IMG/VR virus record: IMGVR_UViG_3300012208_000003
Location: 1,209 to 65,208 of that record
Direction: 5' to 3' (one strand)
DNA length: 64,000 nucleotides
Source: a virus
Lineage: Duplodnaviria; Caudoviricetes
In this document: piece after piece, positions 21,636-30,140 of the stretch
How positions within the stretch are numbered: position 1 is the stretch's first letter
How the letters are laid out: each line of letters starts with the position of its first letter
Made by a program: the position numbers and the translations under genes
The notes under the pieces: model-generated
Database searches by the model: none
What the model was told of the DNA's origin: nothing
Seen by the model: only the letters and a program-made list of their open reading frames with translations

Positions 21636-21881
21636 GTGACTACTCTTATCGCTGTCATAACGGTTGCGGGTATGTGGGCTTGGGCAGTGGCGCACCAACT
21701 TGTCATTTATTATTTCTGCTCCGTTGCCATCGACCAGCTTCCCAAACCTTCCGGGAATAATCCCTTCTACACTTGGTTCTTCGGAATGCTTCATCTCGTC
21801 GCGGCAAATTGGAACCGGGCTAAGATGGGTGTTATGACGAAGCCCGATATAATCAAGGTCGACCCTGTTCCAAAAGCATGA
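21636..21881 (+). CDS. small membrane protein (holin candidate)
   Basis: GGAG RBS; hydrophobic segments. Confidence 0.45.
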   Translation: MTTLIAVITVAGMWAWAVAHQLVIYYFCSVAIDQLPKPSGNNPFYTWFFGMLHLVAANWNRAKMGVMTKPDIIKVDPVPKA

Positions 21882-22381
21882 AACGCCTTCTGATTTTTTT
21901 CCTGCTCACTACTGCCGCTAACGCAGGACCAAAGCATTTTGTTAAATCCGTTGGTTCACAGTTCAAGCGCACTTTCTATACTGATGTCAAAGCACACCCA
22001 CTGGCCTGGGGAGTGCCATTGGCACTGCAATTTGCAATTGTTTTCTCGGATGCCGGAAGTTCCTGTGCCTTGCCAGAAAGAATGCAGGAAGTCGGATTAT
22101 CTCGATATTTCATTGGAAGATATCCCAAGTGTCATAAATACGTCTTATGGACGGCTGCCTCGATGACGGTTCATGCCACGGCCGAAAATTGGCTAGCGAA
22201 TAAGTTCACTGATGCGTGCCTGACCGATGCTGTAGACAGAGGCAGCATATGGTGGAAGGTTCCAGCTCATACACACGATCCATCAGACTGTTTCAAGTGG
22301 GTACCAATTACTGACACGATTGCCATTGGAGCTCGTGAGATTCCGGCAATTAAGGGCAACGTGAATCTTCTTCAAAAGTGA
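21878..22381 (+). CDS. secreted/membrane hypothetical protein
   Basis: Signal peptide MKRLLIFFLLTTAANA. Confidence 0.55.
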   Translation: MKRLLIFFLLTTAANAGPKHFVKSVGSQFKRTFYTDVKAHPLAWGVPLALQFAIVFSDAGSSCALPERMQEVGLSRYFIGRYPKCHKYVLWTAASMTVHATAENWLANKFTDACLTDAVDRGSIWWKVPAHTHDPSDCFKWVPITDTIAIGAREIPAIKGNVNLLQK

Positions 22382-22547
22382 TGAAATATAGCAATTTGAT
22401 CGGGCGGTTTGCACTCTCACTACGCAGGTGGTGGACGAGAAAACGCGCTTGTCCAACCTGCAAAGTAACGGTCGATGGTCATGGCGACGCGCATCACCAA
22501 CCCGGCTGCAAGAACGCACCAGATTGAAACTTAGTGCTTAAGTTTAG

Positions 22548-22576
22548 TTGACACGGCTTCAAAGCAAGACTATCCT
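22548..22576 (+). promoter_or_regulatory. sigma70-type promoter
   Basis: TTGACA, 17 nt, TATCCT, ending 10 nt before ATG 22586. Confidence 0.65.
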
Positions 22577-22585
22577 CAGAGAATT

Positions 22586-23229
22586 ATGTCAGTTGAAGAA
22601 ACGATGAAAGTCGTTGAACTGGTTCGTCGCGGCCTGATTTCAACAGACGACGCTCGCAGGATGCTCGGTTTCGTGGACAAAGTTACTCCGCCAGTTCTTA
22701 CAACAAACCATACAAATTTTCTTGGCGAGAGTTACATTCCTGCCTGGCCGTCCGATTGGTCCTTCACGGTCGATACAGTAACGGTAACGAATACTACAGT
22801 ACCTAACGGTTCTTCTAATTCTCCCGCACCGGTCGACTTCGAAAAATGGAAAGAAGACTTTGGGGCTCAGTTTATCCGGGAGAAAGCCTTGCCAAAGTCC
22901 GATCCGGAACCGGAAATTCTTCCGCTTCATGCAAAGCGTAAAATCACGCTGGAAACATGAAAAAGAAAAAATTAAAGAAGCTTCTCCGGCAAGCATTGGA
23001 GAAATCTAAGCCGGCCCCCAAACGTGCCCGCCGCAAGGCGCCAGCAAAACCATTCCAGCATTCCAAAGACGTGCTTTCTCTCATGCAAAAAGTGAAACGA
23101 CAGCTCGAAGATCTCAAGAAACCCGTCTGGCCGCGCATCGATACTTCCTGGCAACCTACTGCCGCTGAATATCGCGCCATGGACCGCACCCTGTCGATGA
23201 TGGAAGTCGACCCGCGGCTATATTCTTAG
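22586..23229 (+). CDS. two hypothetical proteins (22586..22960, 22957..23229)
   Basis: Coupled ORFs downstream of the promoter. Confidence 0.55.
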
Positions 23230-23830
23230 AGTGCTTGCGTCTCCATCTACATTGTGCTGCGGTATTTTTGTGAGTTTGGCAACAATATGTTTGCTGCTCA
23301 ATCCGTGGAACGAACACTTTATTGCACCATAAGCACTTGCGCTCGCGGCCCAAATCGCCAGGTGCATCCGCACAGACTACAGATATAGTTAGCAAATCTG
23401 ACTCGCCATCGGATTCCGCGTGCACGATTACATCTTGGGCAATAGATTTTTGCTTTGGGTGCACGATTGGAATAGATTTTTCCTTTGGATAATAAAACCT
23501 TACTATTCTTAGTTCCCATTTCGCTGGTCCTCTCTTTGAATTGCAACGATAACATACCGGCTCAACATCAAGTGGTTTGGCATAATCACGATGGTCGTAA
23601 ACAGTGGCTCTATTTCCACAGTCACGACAAGCTGTTTCAATTAACTTTAAGTTAGGCAGGAGACCACTTTGCACTGCCCGGCGAACGATAGTACCGGCTC
23701 GTTTGGCTGCGCAGCTGTGGGCGATATGTTCTAAGGCCGTGAGTTTAAGCACCGCATCTATATATATATCATTAAAAATTTCCCTTGACACGTAAAATAG
23801 CAGGTGTATTCTTTGAATCGCTCCTGGCAC
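23156..23830 (-). CDS. HNH-like protein with C-terminal Cys motif (start uncertain)
   Basis: CRDC..YDHRDYAKPLDVEPVCYRCN; CLWC..F.PR..Q.YC; AT-rich; the only convincing - strand gene. Confidence 0.6.
   Translation of the reverse strand: MPGAIQRIHLLFYVSREIFNDIYIDAVLKLTALEHIAHSCAAKRAGTIVRRAVQSGLLPNLKLIETACRDCGNRATVYDHRDYAKPLDVEPVCYRCNSKRGPAKWELRIVRFYYPKEKSIPIVHPKQKSIAQDVIVHAESDGESDLLTISVVCADAPGDLGRERKCLWCNKVFVPRIEQQTYCCQTHKNTAAQCRWRRKHSKNIAAGRLPSSTGCGPWRDIQRQ
23785..23812 (+). promoter_or_regulatory. promoter for the structured RNA array
   Basis: TTGACA (23785-90), 16 nt, TATTCT (23807-12); predicted start near 23819-20 coincides with unit 1. Confidence 0.65.
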
Positions 23831-23942
23831 TGTTTAGGCGTTACATGGGCCAATTGGTAGGCCAACTGATTCTTAATCAGTCTATCCTGGTTCAAATCCA
23901 GGTGTGATTCCCCGCAAGGGGCGCTTGAACGACATCCAGGGC
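23820..23942 (+). ncRNA. Y RNA-like unit 1 (tRNA-Lys(CTT)-like cloverleaf cargo)
   Basis: CCTGG/CCAGG stem, CACTG, TTTAGGCG/CGCTTGAA, TTACATG, CGACAT; D, anticodon (TTCTTAA) and T arms inside. Confidence 0.75.
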
Positions 23943-23993
23943 ACTTAATTATCCCGGACCTTCGGGAGAACAGAAGATCCGGTTTTATGAGCT

Positions 23994-24126
23994 TGGCTGT
24001 TACTGCAACTGCGTACATGTGAGAGTAATCTCATCTTAGGTTCGACTCCTAAGTCCGGCGCCTATGCCGGACGCCCGTGGGGGCACCATGTTCCCGAAAG
24101 GGAATCGCAGCGGCGACATACAGCCA
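23994..24126 (+). ncRNA. Y RNA-like unit 2 (permuted tRNA-like cargo)
   Basis: TGGCTGT/ACAGCCA, TACTG, CTGCG/CGCAG, TACATG, CGACAT; T arm TTAGG-TTCGACT-CCTAA then loop-closed GTCCGGC/GCCGGAC. Confidence 0.75.
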
Positions 24127-24133
24127 TCGTTTT

Positions 24134-24249
24134 TGGCGACACTGAATAAGGCTACATGACTGTCGGCGAATAGCCGACCCCCCTCCACCAATCAATGGGG
24201 GGGGGGGCCGCGCAAGCGGGACTATTGAAACCTTGTTCGACATTCGCCA
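24134..24249 (+). ncRNA. Y RNA-like unit 3 (three-hairpin cargo)
   Basis: TGGCGA/TCGCCA, CACTG, AATAAGG/CCTTGTT, TACATG, CGACAT. Confidence 0.75.
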
Positions 24250-24256
24250 GTATTCT

Positions 24257-24382
24257 TGGCGGTCACTATTCGGGATACATGGATAGAGCACCAGCTTCAC
24301 CGCTGGAGATCACTGGTTCGAACCCAGTTAGCTGTAATGGCTATAGCTCAGTGAAACACAACACCCAGATGACATACCGCCA
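24257..24382 (+). ncRNA. Y RNA-like unit 4 (tRNA permuted at the D loop)
   Basis: TGGCGGT/ACCGCCA, CACTA..TGACAT, TACATG; GATAGAGC, anticodon-like arm, T arm, closed acceptor, TAGCTCAG. Confidence 0.75.
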
Positions 24383-24389
24383 TTGTTTT

Positions 24390-24529
24390 TGGCACTCACT
24401 GTATCTGCTTACATGTCATATGGAGACCGAGGTCGTTGGTTCGAATCCAACCGTCCCCATTTCGACGGGGACGTAGCTCAGTGGTAGAGCGCGTAGGCCG
24501 AAAGGCCAAAGCGGATCGACATAGTGCCA
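24390..24529 (+). ncRNA. Y RNA-like unit 5 (YrlA-like T arm, acceptor, D arm order)
   Basis: TGGCACT/AGTGCCA, CACTG, TACATG, CGACAT; GTTGG-TTCGAAT-CCAAC, CGTCCCC/GGGGACG, TAGCTCAGTGGTAGAGC. Confidence 0.8.
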
Positions 24530-24607
24530 TTCTATTATCCGGACTCGATGTTTCGCTAAAAAAAGCGCGGTACAGGGCGGCTGGCCTATGCGGGGTCCGG
24601 AAAATCT

Positions 24608-24674
24608 TGGCCTTCACTGGCCGGCTTACACGACTGTTAATCGTACGCAACACAAGCCGACCGACATAAGGCCG
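24608..24674 (+). ncRNA. Y RNA-like unit 6 (anticodon arm only)
   Basis: GGCCTT/AAGGCC, CACTG, TACACG, CGACAT; ACGA-CTGTTAA-TCGT hairpin. Confidence 0.7.
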
Positions 24675-24720
24675 TTCTGAATTTTCAACCAACCGTGAAC
24701 GTGTTGAAAATCGCAGTACG

Positions 24721-24758
24721 GCGGCCAGGGGCTTGATGAACCTGGCCGCATCTGTTTT
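24721..24758 (+). terminator. terminator-like hairpin closing the RNA array
   Basis: GCGGCCAGG/CCTGGCCGC followed by ATCTGTTTT. Confidence 0.45.
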
Positions 24759-24771
24759 AGGGAGAAACAAA

Positions 24772-25397
24772 ATGGGAAGCGACAAGACCGATGTAGCGGT
24801 AGCACCATCCACAAAAAAGAAATCCGACGACAGATTTTATTTATTGGAATTCACAAACCGTCCCGCACGGTGGGGTGACGTTGGTTCGTTGCTCCGATTA
24901 CAAGGTGTAGTCATTGGGGGCGGTGGGACCGGTGCCGTTTTGATGTTGCCGGGCACAATGCCGAAAATCGGCGAAGCCGGGTGGAGCGCGAACTGGCTTG
25001 AACTTAGCCTCGAAGAATGGAGCGATTGGCTTCAGGCCAGTGATTCCCTCAAATTCTTGTCGGCCCAAGTTTGACCGGTCCGCAAGGCGTAACGCTGCCA
25101 AAAATTTGGGCGCGAAAATTGCGCTATGAAGTGTCCGGCGCAGTTCAGCAAAAAGTTTGGGCTGCTGACCGTTTTAAATGCTATTACTGCGGCGCGAAAA
25201 TGGGTGACACGCTTTTGACGGTTGATCATTTTGAGCCACTTGAAAATGGCGGCAAAAACGATCCTACGAATTTTCTGACGGCCTGCCGGCGTTGCAACAA
25301 AGATAAAGGCAGCGAACCGGCAGAAAAATTTTGCGAGAGACGGCACATCGACTTCGAAGCCGTGAAAATATATCTGGCATCTCGTAAGATTTCTTAG
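24772..25397 (+). CDS. HNH endonuclease, apparently split by a -1 frameshift (24772..25074 + 25044..25397)
   Basis: Strong RBS at 24772; second frame has CYYCG..LTVDHFEP..GG.N..N..TACRRCNKDKG but no RBS. Confidence 0.65.
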
Positions 25398-25406
25398 GAG
25401 AGAGCA

Positions 25407-25799
25407 ATGCCCGAGAGAATCGAACTGGAAATATCCGAGTGGGGCAGGCCAATCGTTTACATCGCCGACTACTACGAAAGATGCATACCGGGCGTGGCTG
25501 TCGAAGGGATCTCAAATCGCTGTTTATTCAACAGCCGTAAGGAAGCGATCCGCTGGGCTAAGTTCTCGGCAAAGCACAAGATCGACTGGTCCAGTTGGAA
25601 GGCGCCGCAAGGACAATATCCCTACGAGAGCGCTCGGGATGATGTTAGGTTAACACCAACGTTCATCGCTGAGCAGGGACAATGGCCAGAGGAGCCGCAC
25701 GTCAAAGTAACGGTGACGAAGGTCGAGGTATGTGGAGAGTTCAATTGGTGGGCCAAAGAAGCGGATGGAGATTGGAACGAGAAAGGCGGTGTCCAATGA
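25407..25799 (+). CDS. hypothetical protein
   Basis: AGGAG RBS, 130 aa. Confidence 0.6.
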   Translation: MPERIELEISEWGRPIVYIADYYERCIPGVAVEGISNRCLFNSRKEAIRWAKFSAKHKIDWSSWKAPQGQYPYESARDDVRLTPTFIAEQGQWPEEPHVKVTVTKVEVCGEFNWWAKEADGDWNEKGGVQ

Positions 25800-27004
25800 A
25801 AGCATTCGGTTGGGTCTTTGCAATTTTACTTTTTGCAGTGCCGGCGCGGGCGCAGGATTGCGACAACGTTGTGGCCGATTATTCCGGCAGTCTCAAGTCC
25901 GGCGACGCAGAGCGGATTCAGGCAGCCGCGCAACCACTCATAGCTCAGGGCGGCGATCTGCGTGTGCGTATCATCGGCACGACAACGAATCTCGACATGG
26001 ACGAAAAAAACATCGAGCGAAGCTGCTTGTCATGGCAATCTCCGAACCATGGCCGAAAGTCCAGTTTGATCGTGCTGATGGTTTCGCCGCTTAGCCACAA
26101 GATGGGCATCTATTTCGGCAGTGCGTTCGATCATGCGCTCGCAGACCATTGGAACCGGATCAAAACCGATTACATGGGGCCGCATTTCAAGACTGGCGAT
26201 TGGGCGGGCGGGTTCGTTGCAGTCGAGCAGCAGATTACAAGCAGGATCAAGGCCGCTAAAGACGAAGCCGTTCATCCGGCAACTATTACCACGGTCAACC
26301 AGGCGGAAGACTTATCCGGACTATGGATCGTTCTCAAATGGTCCTTATTTCTAGCCTTTCTGGTAGTTGGCATGTATTTCGCGCTTGCCTGGTGGAATAA
26401 GCGCCGGAAAGCGCAGCAGGAATTGCGTGAAGCACAGCAGTTGGCGATTACGACGAAGGCTTGCGCGGCTGATTTACTCAACAAGGCAAACAGCGCCAAG
26501 ACTGCCACGCTCGATAGAGCCTTAGAGGAATTTGCGAGGCTGGACGGGTCGCTACGCAATGACCCTAACGCCGATGATCTGACGATTGAGGAATATCATG
26601 TCATTGCTTTGCAGTACCAGAAAATCGTGGACATGCTCGATAGAACTTCGATCGACAGGATGAATCGGCCTGTCCAACCATCGGTAGCACCGCCGCCACC
26701 GAAGAAGCAGGCAAAAGCAGCAGCGGCAACGACAGGATCTCCCGGAGCGCCTTCGACTTCGACAACGGTCATCAACAATACGGAAGTGGTTCCAGTCCCG
26801 ATAATCATCCCGGAGCCGGTAAGAGAACGCGAACGAGACCCAGAGCCTTCCCATAGCCACCGTTCAAGCCGTAGTTCTGACGATGACAGCAGCGGCGGAG
26901 GTTCAAGTAGTTGGAGTAGCGGGTCCAGCGATAGCGGTGGTTCTTCGGACTTCGGCGGTGGTGGGAGCGATAGCGGCGGGGGAGGAGGCAGCAGCGATTT
27001 TTGA
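25796..27004 (+). CDS. TPM-domain membrane protein with Gly/Ser tail
   Basis: Signal peptide; V.D..G.L, LIVLMVS..MGIYFG, PHFKTGDWAGG; TM helix; GGSSDFGGGG tail. Confidence 0.75.
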   Translation: MKAFGWVFAILLFAVPARAQDCDNVVADYSGSLKSGDAERIQAAAQPLIAQGGDLRVRIIGTTTNLDMDEKNIERSCLSWQSPNHGRKSSLIVLMVSPLSHKMGIYFGSAFDHALADHWNRIKTDYMGPHFKTGDWAGGFVAVEQQITSRIKAAKDEAVHPATITTVNQAEDLSGLWIVLKWSLFLAFLVVGMYFALAWWNKRRKAQQELREAQQLAITTKACAADLLNKANSAKTATLDRALEEFARLDGSLRNDPNADDLTIEEYHVIALQYQKIVDMLDRTSIDRMNRPVQPSVAPPPPKKQAKAAAATTGSPGAPSTSTTVINNTEVVPVPIIIPEPVRERERDPEPSHSHRSSRSSDDDSSGGGSSSWSSGSSDSGGSSDFGGGGSDSGGGGGSSDF

Positions 27005-27130
27005 TACGAGTTCACCGTCCTACGCCGTCCAGTGGCGAGCGGACGTGAGTACGTTCCACTGGCAGGGAGGCTATCGCGCTAGTTAGGCGTGGCCTCCCTG
27101 AGACGATCTTTAACGAAAAGGAGAACACAA

Positions 27131-27817
27131 ATGTCAGGATTCTTAGCAAAACTTCGCGTGGTCACGTTGGGCTCCGTGCACGATCTACTTGATAGGGCCA
27201 TCGATTTAAATTCGCCGTCCGTGATCCGGCAGTACACCCGGGATCTAGAGGACGCGCTCGACCGCATGAAGAGCGAAGCGGCGGTCCAGGCCGGCACAGT
27301 TCGTACCTTGCAGCGCGAAAAAGGAGAGCTCGAAGGCCGGATCAAGACCACCGAAGTAACGATTCAGCACCTGGTTCAGGCCGGGCACGAAGACTTGGCG
27401 CGGCCGAAAGCGGCTGAGCTAACACGCATGCGAGCCAAATTTGCCGGAGCGGATGAAAATATCGAACACGCAAGAAAAGCGTCTACCGATATCGACATTG
27501 CCGTTTCCAATCTCGAAGGCAAGCATGCCGAAATGGTCTCCAGAGTACGCGAACTCGAACAACTCGACCGCGATACCAAGGCCAAGAATTCCGCAGCATC
27601 AGCTCTGGCAGCAGCTGGCCGACTGATCCAGGGCGGCAGCGATGTCAATGTGGACGATGTGCAAAGCCGCATGAAGGCGAGTAACGATGTCGCTCAGGAA
27701 AAATTCGCCAGGGCGCTCGGCGAATCTGCCATCCAAGAAGACGCGGAAACCGCCGCGGCTACCGATGCTGTTTTGGCGGAATTTCGACAAGGCAAAGTGG
27801 CAAGCAGTAAGTGGTAA
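27131..27817 (+). CDS. pspA: PspA/IM30-family protein
   Basis: N-terminal amphipathic helix, LLDRA..SP..IRQY.RDLE, long coiled coil, G.EDLAR. Confidence 0.75.
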   Translation: MSGFLAKLRVVTLGSVHDLLDRAIDLNSPSVIRQYTRDLEDALDRMKSEAAVQAGTVRTLQREKGELEGRIKTTEVTIQHLVQAGHEDLARPKAAELTRMRAKFAGADENIEHARKASTDIDIAVSNLEGKHAEMVSRVRELEQLDRDTKAKNSAASALAAAGRLIQGGSDVNVDDVQSRMKASNDVAQEKFARALGESAIQEDAETAAATDAVLAEFRQGKVASSKW

Positions 27818-27836
27818 GCAGTTTAGGCGCGGAGTC

Positions 27837-27909
27837 GCAGGCATGGCGTGTAGAGAATCGGAGTGGTACGCATTGACATGGCCGGCACTGGTTCGGCAGG
27901 GCAGCGCAG
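27837..27909 (+). ncRNA. pentamer (NNNNG) guide-like array A
   Basis: GCAG, G at 27845 to 27900 every 5 nt, GCAGC, GCAG. Confidence 0.85.
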
Positions 27910-27924
27910 GCACGGTGAGTTGAC

Positions 27925-28167
27925 GTGAGCACCATCGAAGAACGCATCAAGACGCTCGTCAGCGACAATCTCGGCGTTGGCGAGGAGGAAGTCACATCCA
28001 ATGCATCGTTCGAGCATGATCTTCACGCGGATTCATTGGATATCGTTGAATTGGTCATGGTAATTGAAGAAGAATTCAAAATCGAAATACCCAACGAGCA
28101 AGCAGAGGAGCTCGTCAACGTTGGGCTCTTAATTGAGTATGTGACCAAGCGCGTTGGGAAGCAGTAA
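27925..28167 (+). CDS. acpP: acyl carrier protein
   Basis: [39 protein letters not shown]. Confidence 0.9.
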   Translation: MSTIEERIKTLVSDNLGVGEEEVTSNASFEHDLHADSLDIVELVMVIEEEFKIEIPNEQAEELVNVGLLIEYVTKRVGKQ

Positions 28168-28207
28168 GTAGTTTGGGCGCGGAGCAGTAAAAGCACGGTA
28201 GGTCATC

Positions 28208-28286
28208 GCAGGCGCGGACAGGCGGGTTTCGGTTTGTGAAGGAGAGGCTAGTCATGTCCCGGCATGAAGGGGGCAAGGCATTGCAG
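28208..28286 (+). ncRNA. pentamer guide-like array B
   Basis: GCAG, 14 units (one hexamer), GCAG. Confidence 0.85.
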
Positions 28287-28300
28287 GCAAGGAGACGTTT

Positions 28301-29806
28301 ATGAATGAAAGTGGTCTATCGAAGAATAAAATCATCGCGGAGCTTTCGAAGTCCGCGCATGGCAGTTTGCAAGAATATGTGTCCGTCGGCAAACAGGCCG
28401 CAACGGAGCACGGCGAATTTTTCGCACATCTAATTGCTTGGGATCGCTTGAAAGGCGCGATTCGCGACAGCAAAATTGCTTTGCCGATCGTGAGTTTACT
28501 GGCCCCAAATTATCCGGCCGAATTTGTGGAGAATTCGCTGGCAGCTCTTTCTCTGCTCAATCCCCGCGAGCAGCTCAAGGCGCTCCGGTTCGTGCTAGAG
28601 ACACGTGTGCCCGGACACATGACTTCAATCACCCATACTCTTGGCATTTCGCTGCTCGAGCGCGAAAAAAATTGGCCAAAATGGGAACGGCAAATGCTCC
28701 AGCACCGTGCCGTGCTCAAGGAATTGTTCAGCCTTTTGCACGTCAAGCCGCGCGATCAGCGCACCAAAGCATGTCTCTGGCGTTGCGATAAGCACGATGG
28801 CAAGCGCATTCCGCTGCCGTATCCGGAAGGTGGGCTGTTTGAAATTGTGGCACGGCTCAAAGACCTGCCACCGACGGAAGCGGCCGGCGTAATCATGAAT
28901 AAAAAAATTCCGTTCCTTGTTGCCATGGGAGCGCTCGGCGAGAAAGCCCGAGAAACGGATCTCGTGTTGGCGCTCATCAAATCAATGACGAGCACGGAAT
29001 TGATCACTAACACGAAGATGCTCGAACGCCTGGGCATCAAGACGAACCCGGCGCTGCGCGGCGCTTTCCAGGAAGCGCTGGAAAAGGCCGGCAAGAGCAC
29101 GGCCAACATTCTCAAGACGACTCGTGCGGCTGAGAATATCGACGATGAAGAATTGAAAGAGAATCTTCGTGGCTTGCAAGAAAAACAAATTGCAAGCCTT
29201 GGCGGCGAAGGCAATTGGGCCGTTTTGGCCGATAAGTCAGGTTCCATGACCAAGGCGATCGAACTTGCCAAACATGTTGCTGCTACTTTGGCAAAATTGG
29301 TCCATGGCAAAGTGTGGTTGATCTTTTTCGACACTGCGCCACAATCCATCGATGTTACGGGCATGGCGCTGGACGTTATCAAAAACGTTACACGATACGT
29401 TCAAGCTAACGGCGGAACATCGATTGGATCCGGTTTATTGCGCCTATTCGAAGCGAAAGAGGAGGTTGACGGCGTTTGCATTATTTCGGACGGCGGCGAA
29501 AATACAGCGCCGACGTTCCCGGATGTCTACAAACGATATTCGGAGATGTTCAGGAAGATGCCGCCAGTTTATCTTTATCAGACGCAAGGCGACTCGCCGG
29601 CATTGATTACGACGATGCAGCAAGCTGGACATGACATGCAGGTATTCGACTTGCGCGGCCAGGAGACCGATTTTTACTCCCTGCCAAATCTTGTTCAGAC
29701 GATGCGGACTCAAAGGTTTTCCCTGTCGGACGAAATTATGGGAACAAAACTTTTGCAGTTGTCGGATGCTTACAAGACGACTGTCAAAAAAACGGCCACG
29801 GCGTAG
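28301..29806 (+). CDS. Ro60/TROVE-like protein with C-terminal vWA domain
   Basis: Helical N-terminal 300 aa (KIPFLVAMGAL, SMTSTELITN..L.RLG); MIDAS DKSGS, GGTS, ISDGGEN. Confidence 0.65.
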   Translation: MNESGLSKNKIIAELSKSAHGSLQEYVSVGKQAATEHGEFFAHLIAWDRLKGAIRDSKIALPIVSLLAPNYPAEFVENSLAALSLLNPREQLKALRFVLETRVPGHMTSITHTLGISLLEREKNWPKWERQMLQHRAVLKELFSLLHVKPRDQRTKACLWRCDKHDGKRIPLPYPEGGLFEIVARLKDLPPTEAAGVIMNKKIPFLVAMGALGEKARETDLVLALIKSMTSTELITNTKMLERLGIKTNPALRGAFQEALEKAGKSTANILKTTRAAENIDDEELKENLRGLQEKQIASLGGEGNWAVLADKSGSMTKAIELAKHVAATLAKLVHGKVWLIFFDTAPQSIDVTGMALDVIKNVTRYVQANGGTSIGSGLLRLFEAKEEVDGVCIISDGGENTAPTFPDVYKRYSEMFRKMPPVYLYQTQGDSPALITTMQQAGHDMQVFDLRGQETDFYSLPNLVQTMRTQRFSLSDEIMGTKLLQLSDAYKTTVKKTATA

Positions 29807-29950
29807 AAATCGGCGTGCCCGTCACGTTCCGAAAGGCTTGACCGGTATCTAGGTTGAGAGTGACGGAGCCGGTAAAAGGGACAAGCACTAACGTTCCTCT
29901 GGCACACGTGGGGACGGCCAATTCACCGGCCGTCCTGCCAGTTAGGCATG

Positions 29951-30103
29951 GCAGGCGCGGAGAGTCTTGACGAGATACGATTTGGAGGGACGTGCAGCGG
30001 TCCGTTCCGTCGAGGCTGGCAGCGGCAGCGCAGGCTTGGCGAGTCACGTTCTGGTAAGTCACGTTGTGGAGAGTAGAGGAAAGACCGGAACGCGGCAAGG
30101 CAG
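29951..30103 (+). ncRNA. tandem pentamer guide-like arrays C1 and C2
   Basis: GCAG (29951), 15 units, GCAG (30030), 13 units, GCAG (30100). Confidence 0.85.
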
Positions 30104-30140
30104 GCATGGAGTTAAATTCTAATGAAAGGAGGACAAGAGC

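Noticed and set aside
23839-23910. Stand-alone tRNA-Lys gene
   Set aside because: Weak acceptor stem, no CCA, and nested in the shared scaffold
24197-24207. G11 run as a phase-variation tract
   Set aside because: Non-coding and paired with the upstream C-rich strand in unit 3
23994-24529. Intron-split tRNA genes
   Set aside because: Acceptor strands pair within each unit through a short loop; no group I intron core is visible
27841-28083. Array A read in sense against ACP (IVELVMVI)
   Set aside because: Only 5/13 with an implausible peptide; the antisense PspA match (9/13) is better
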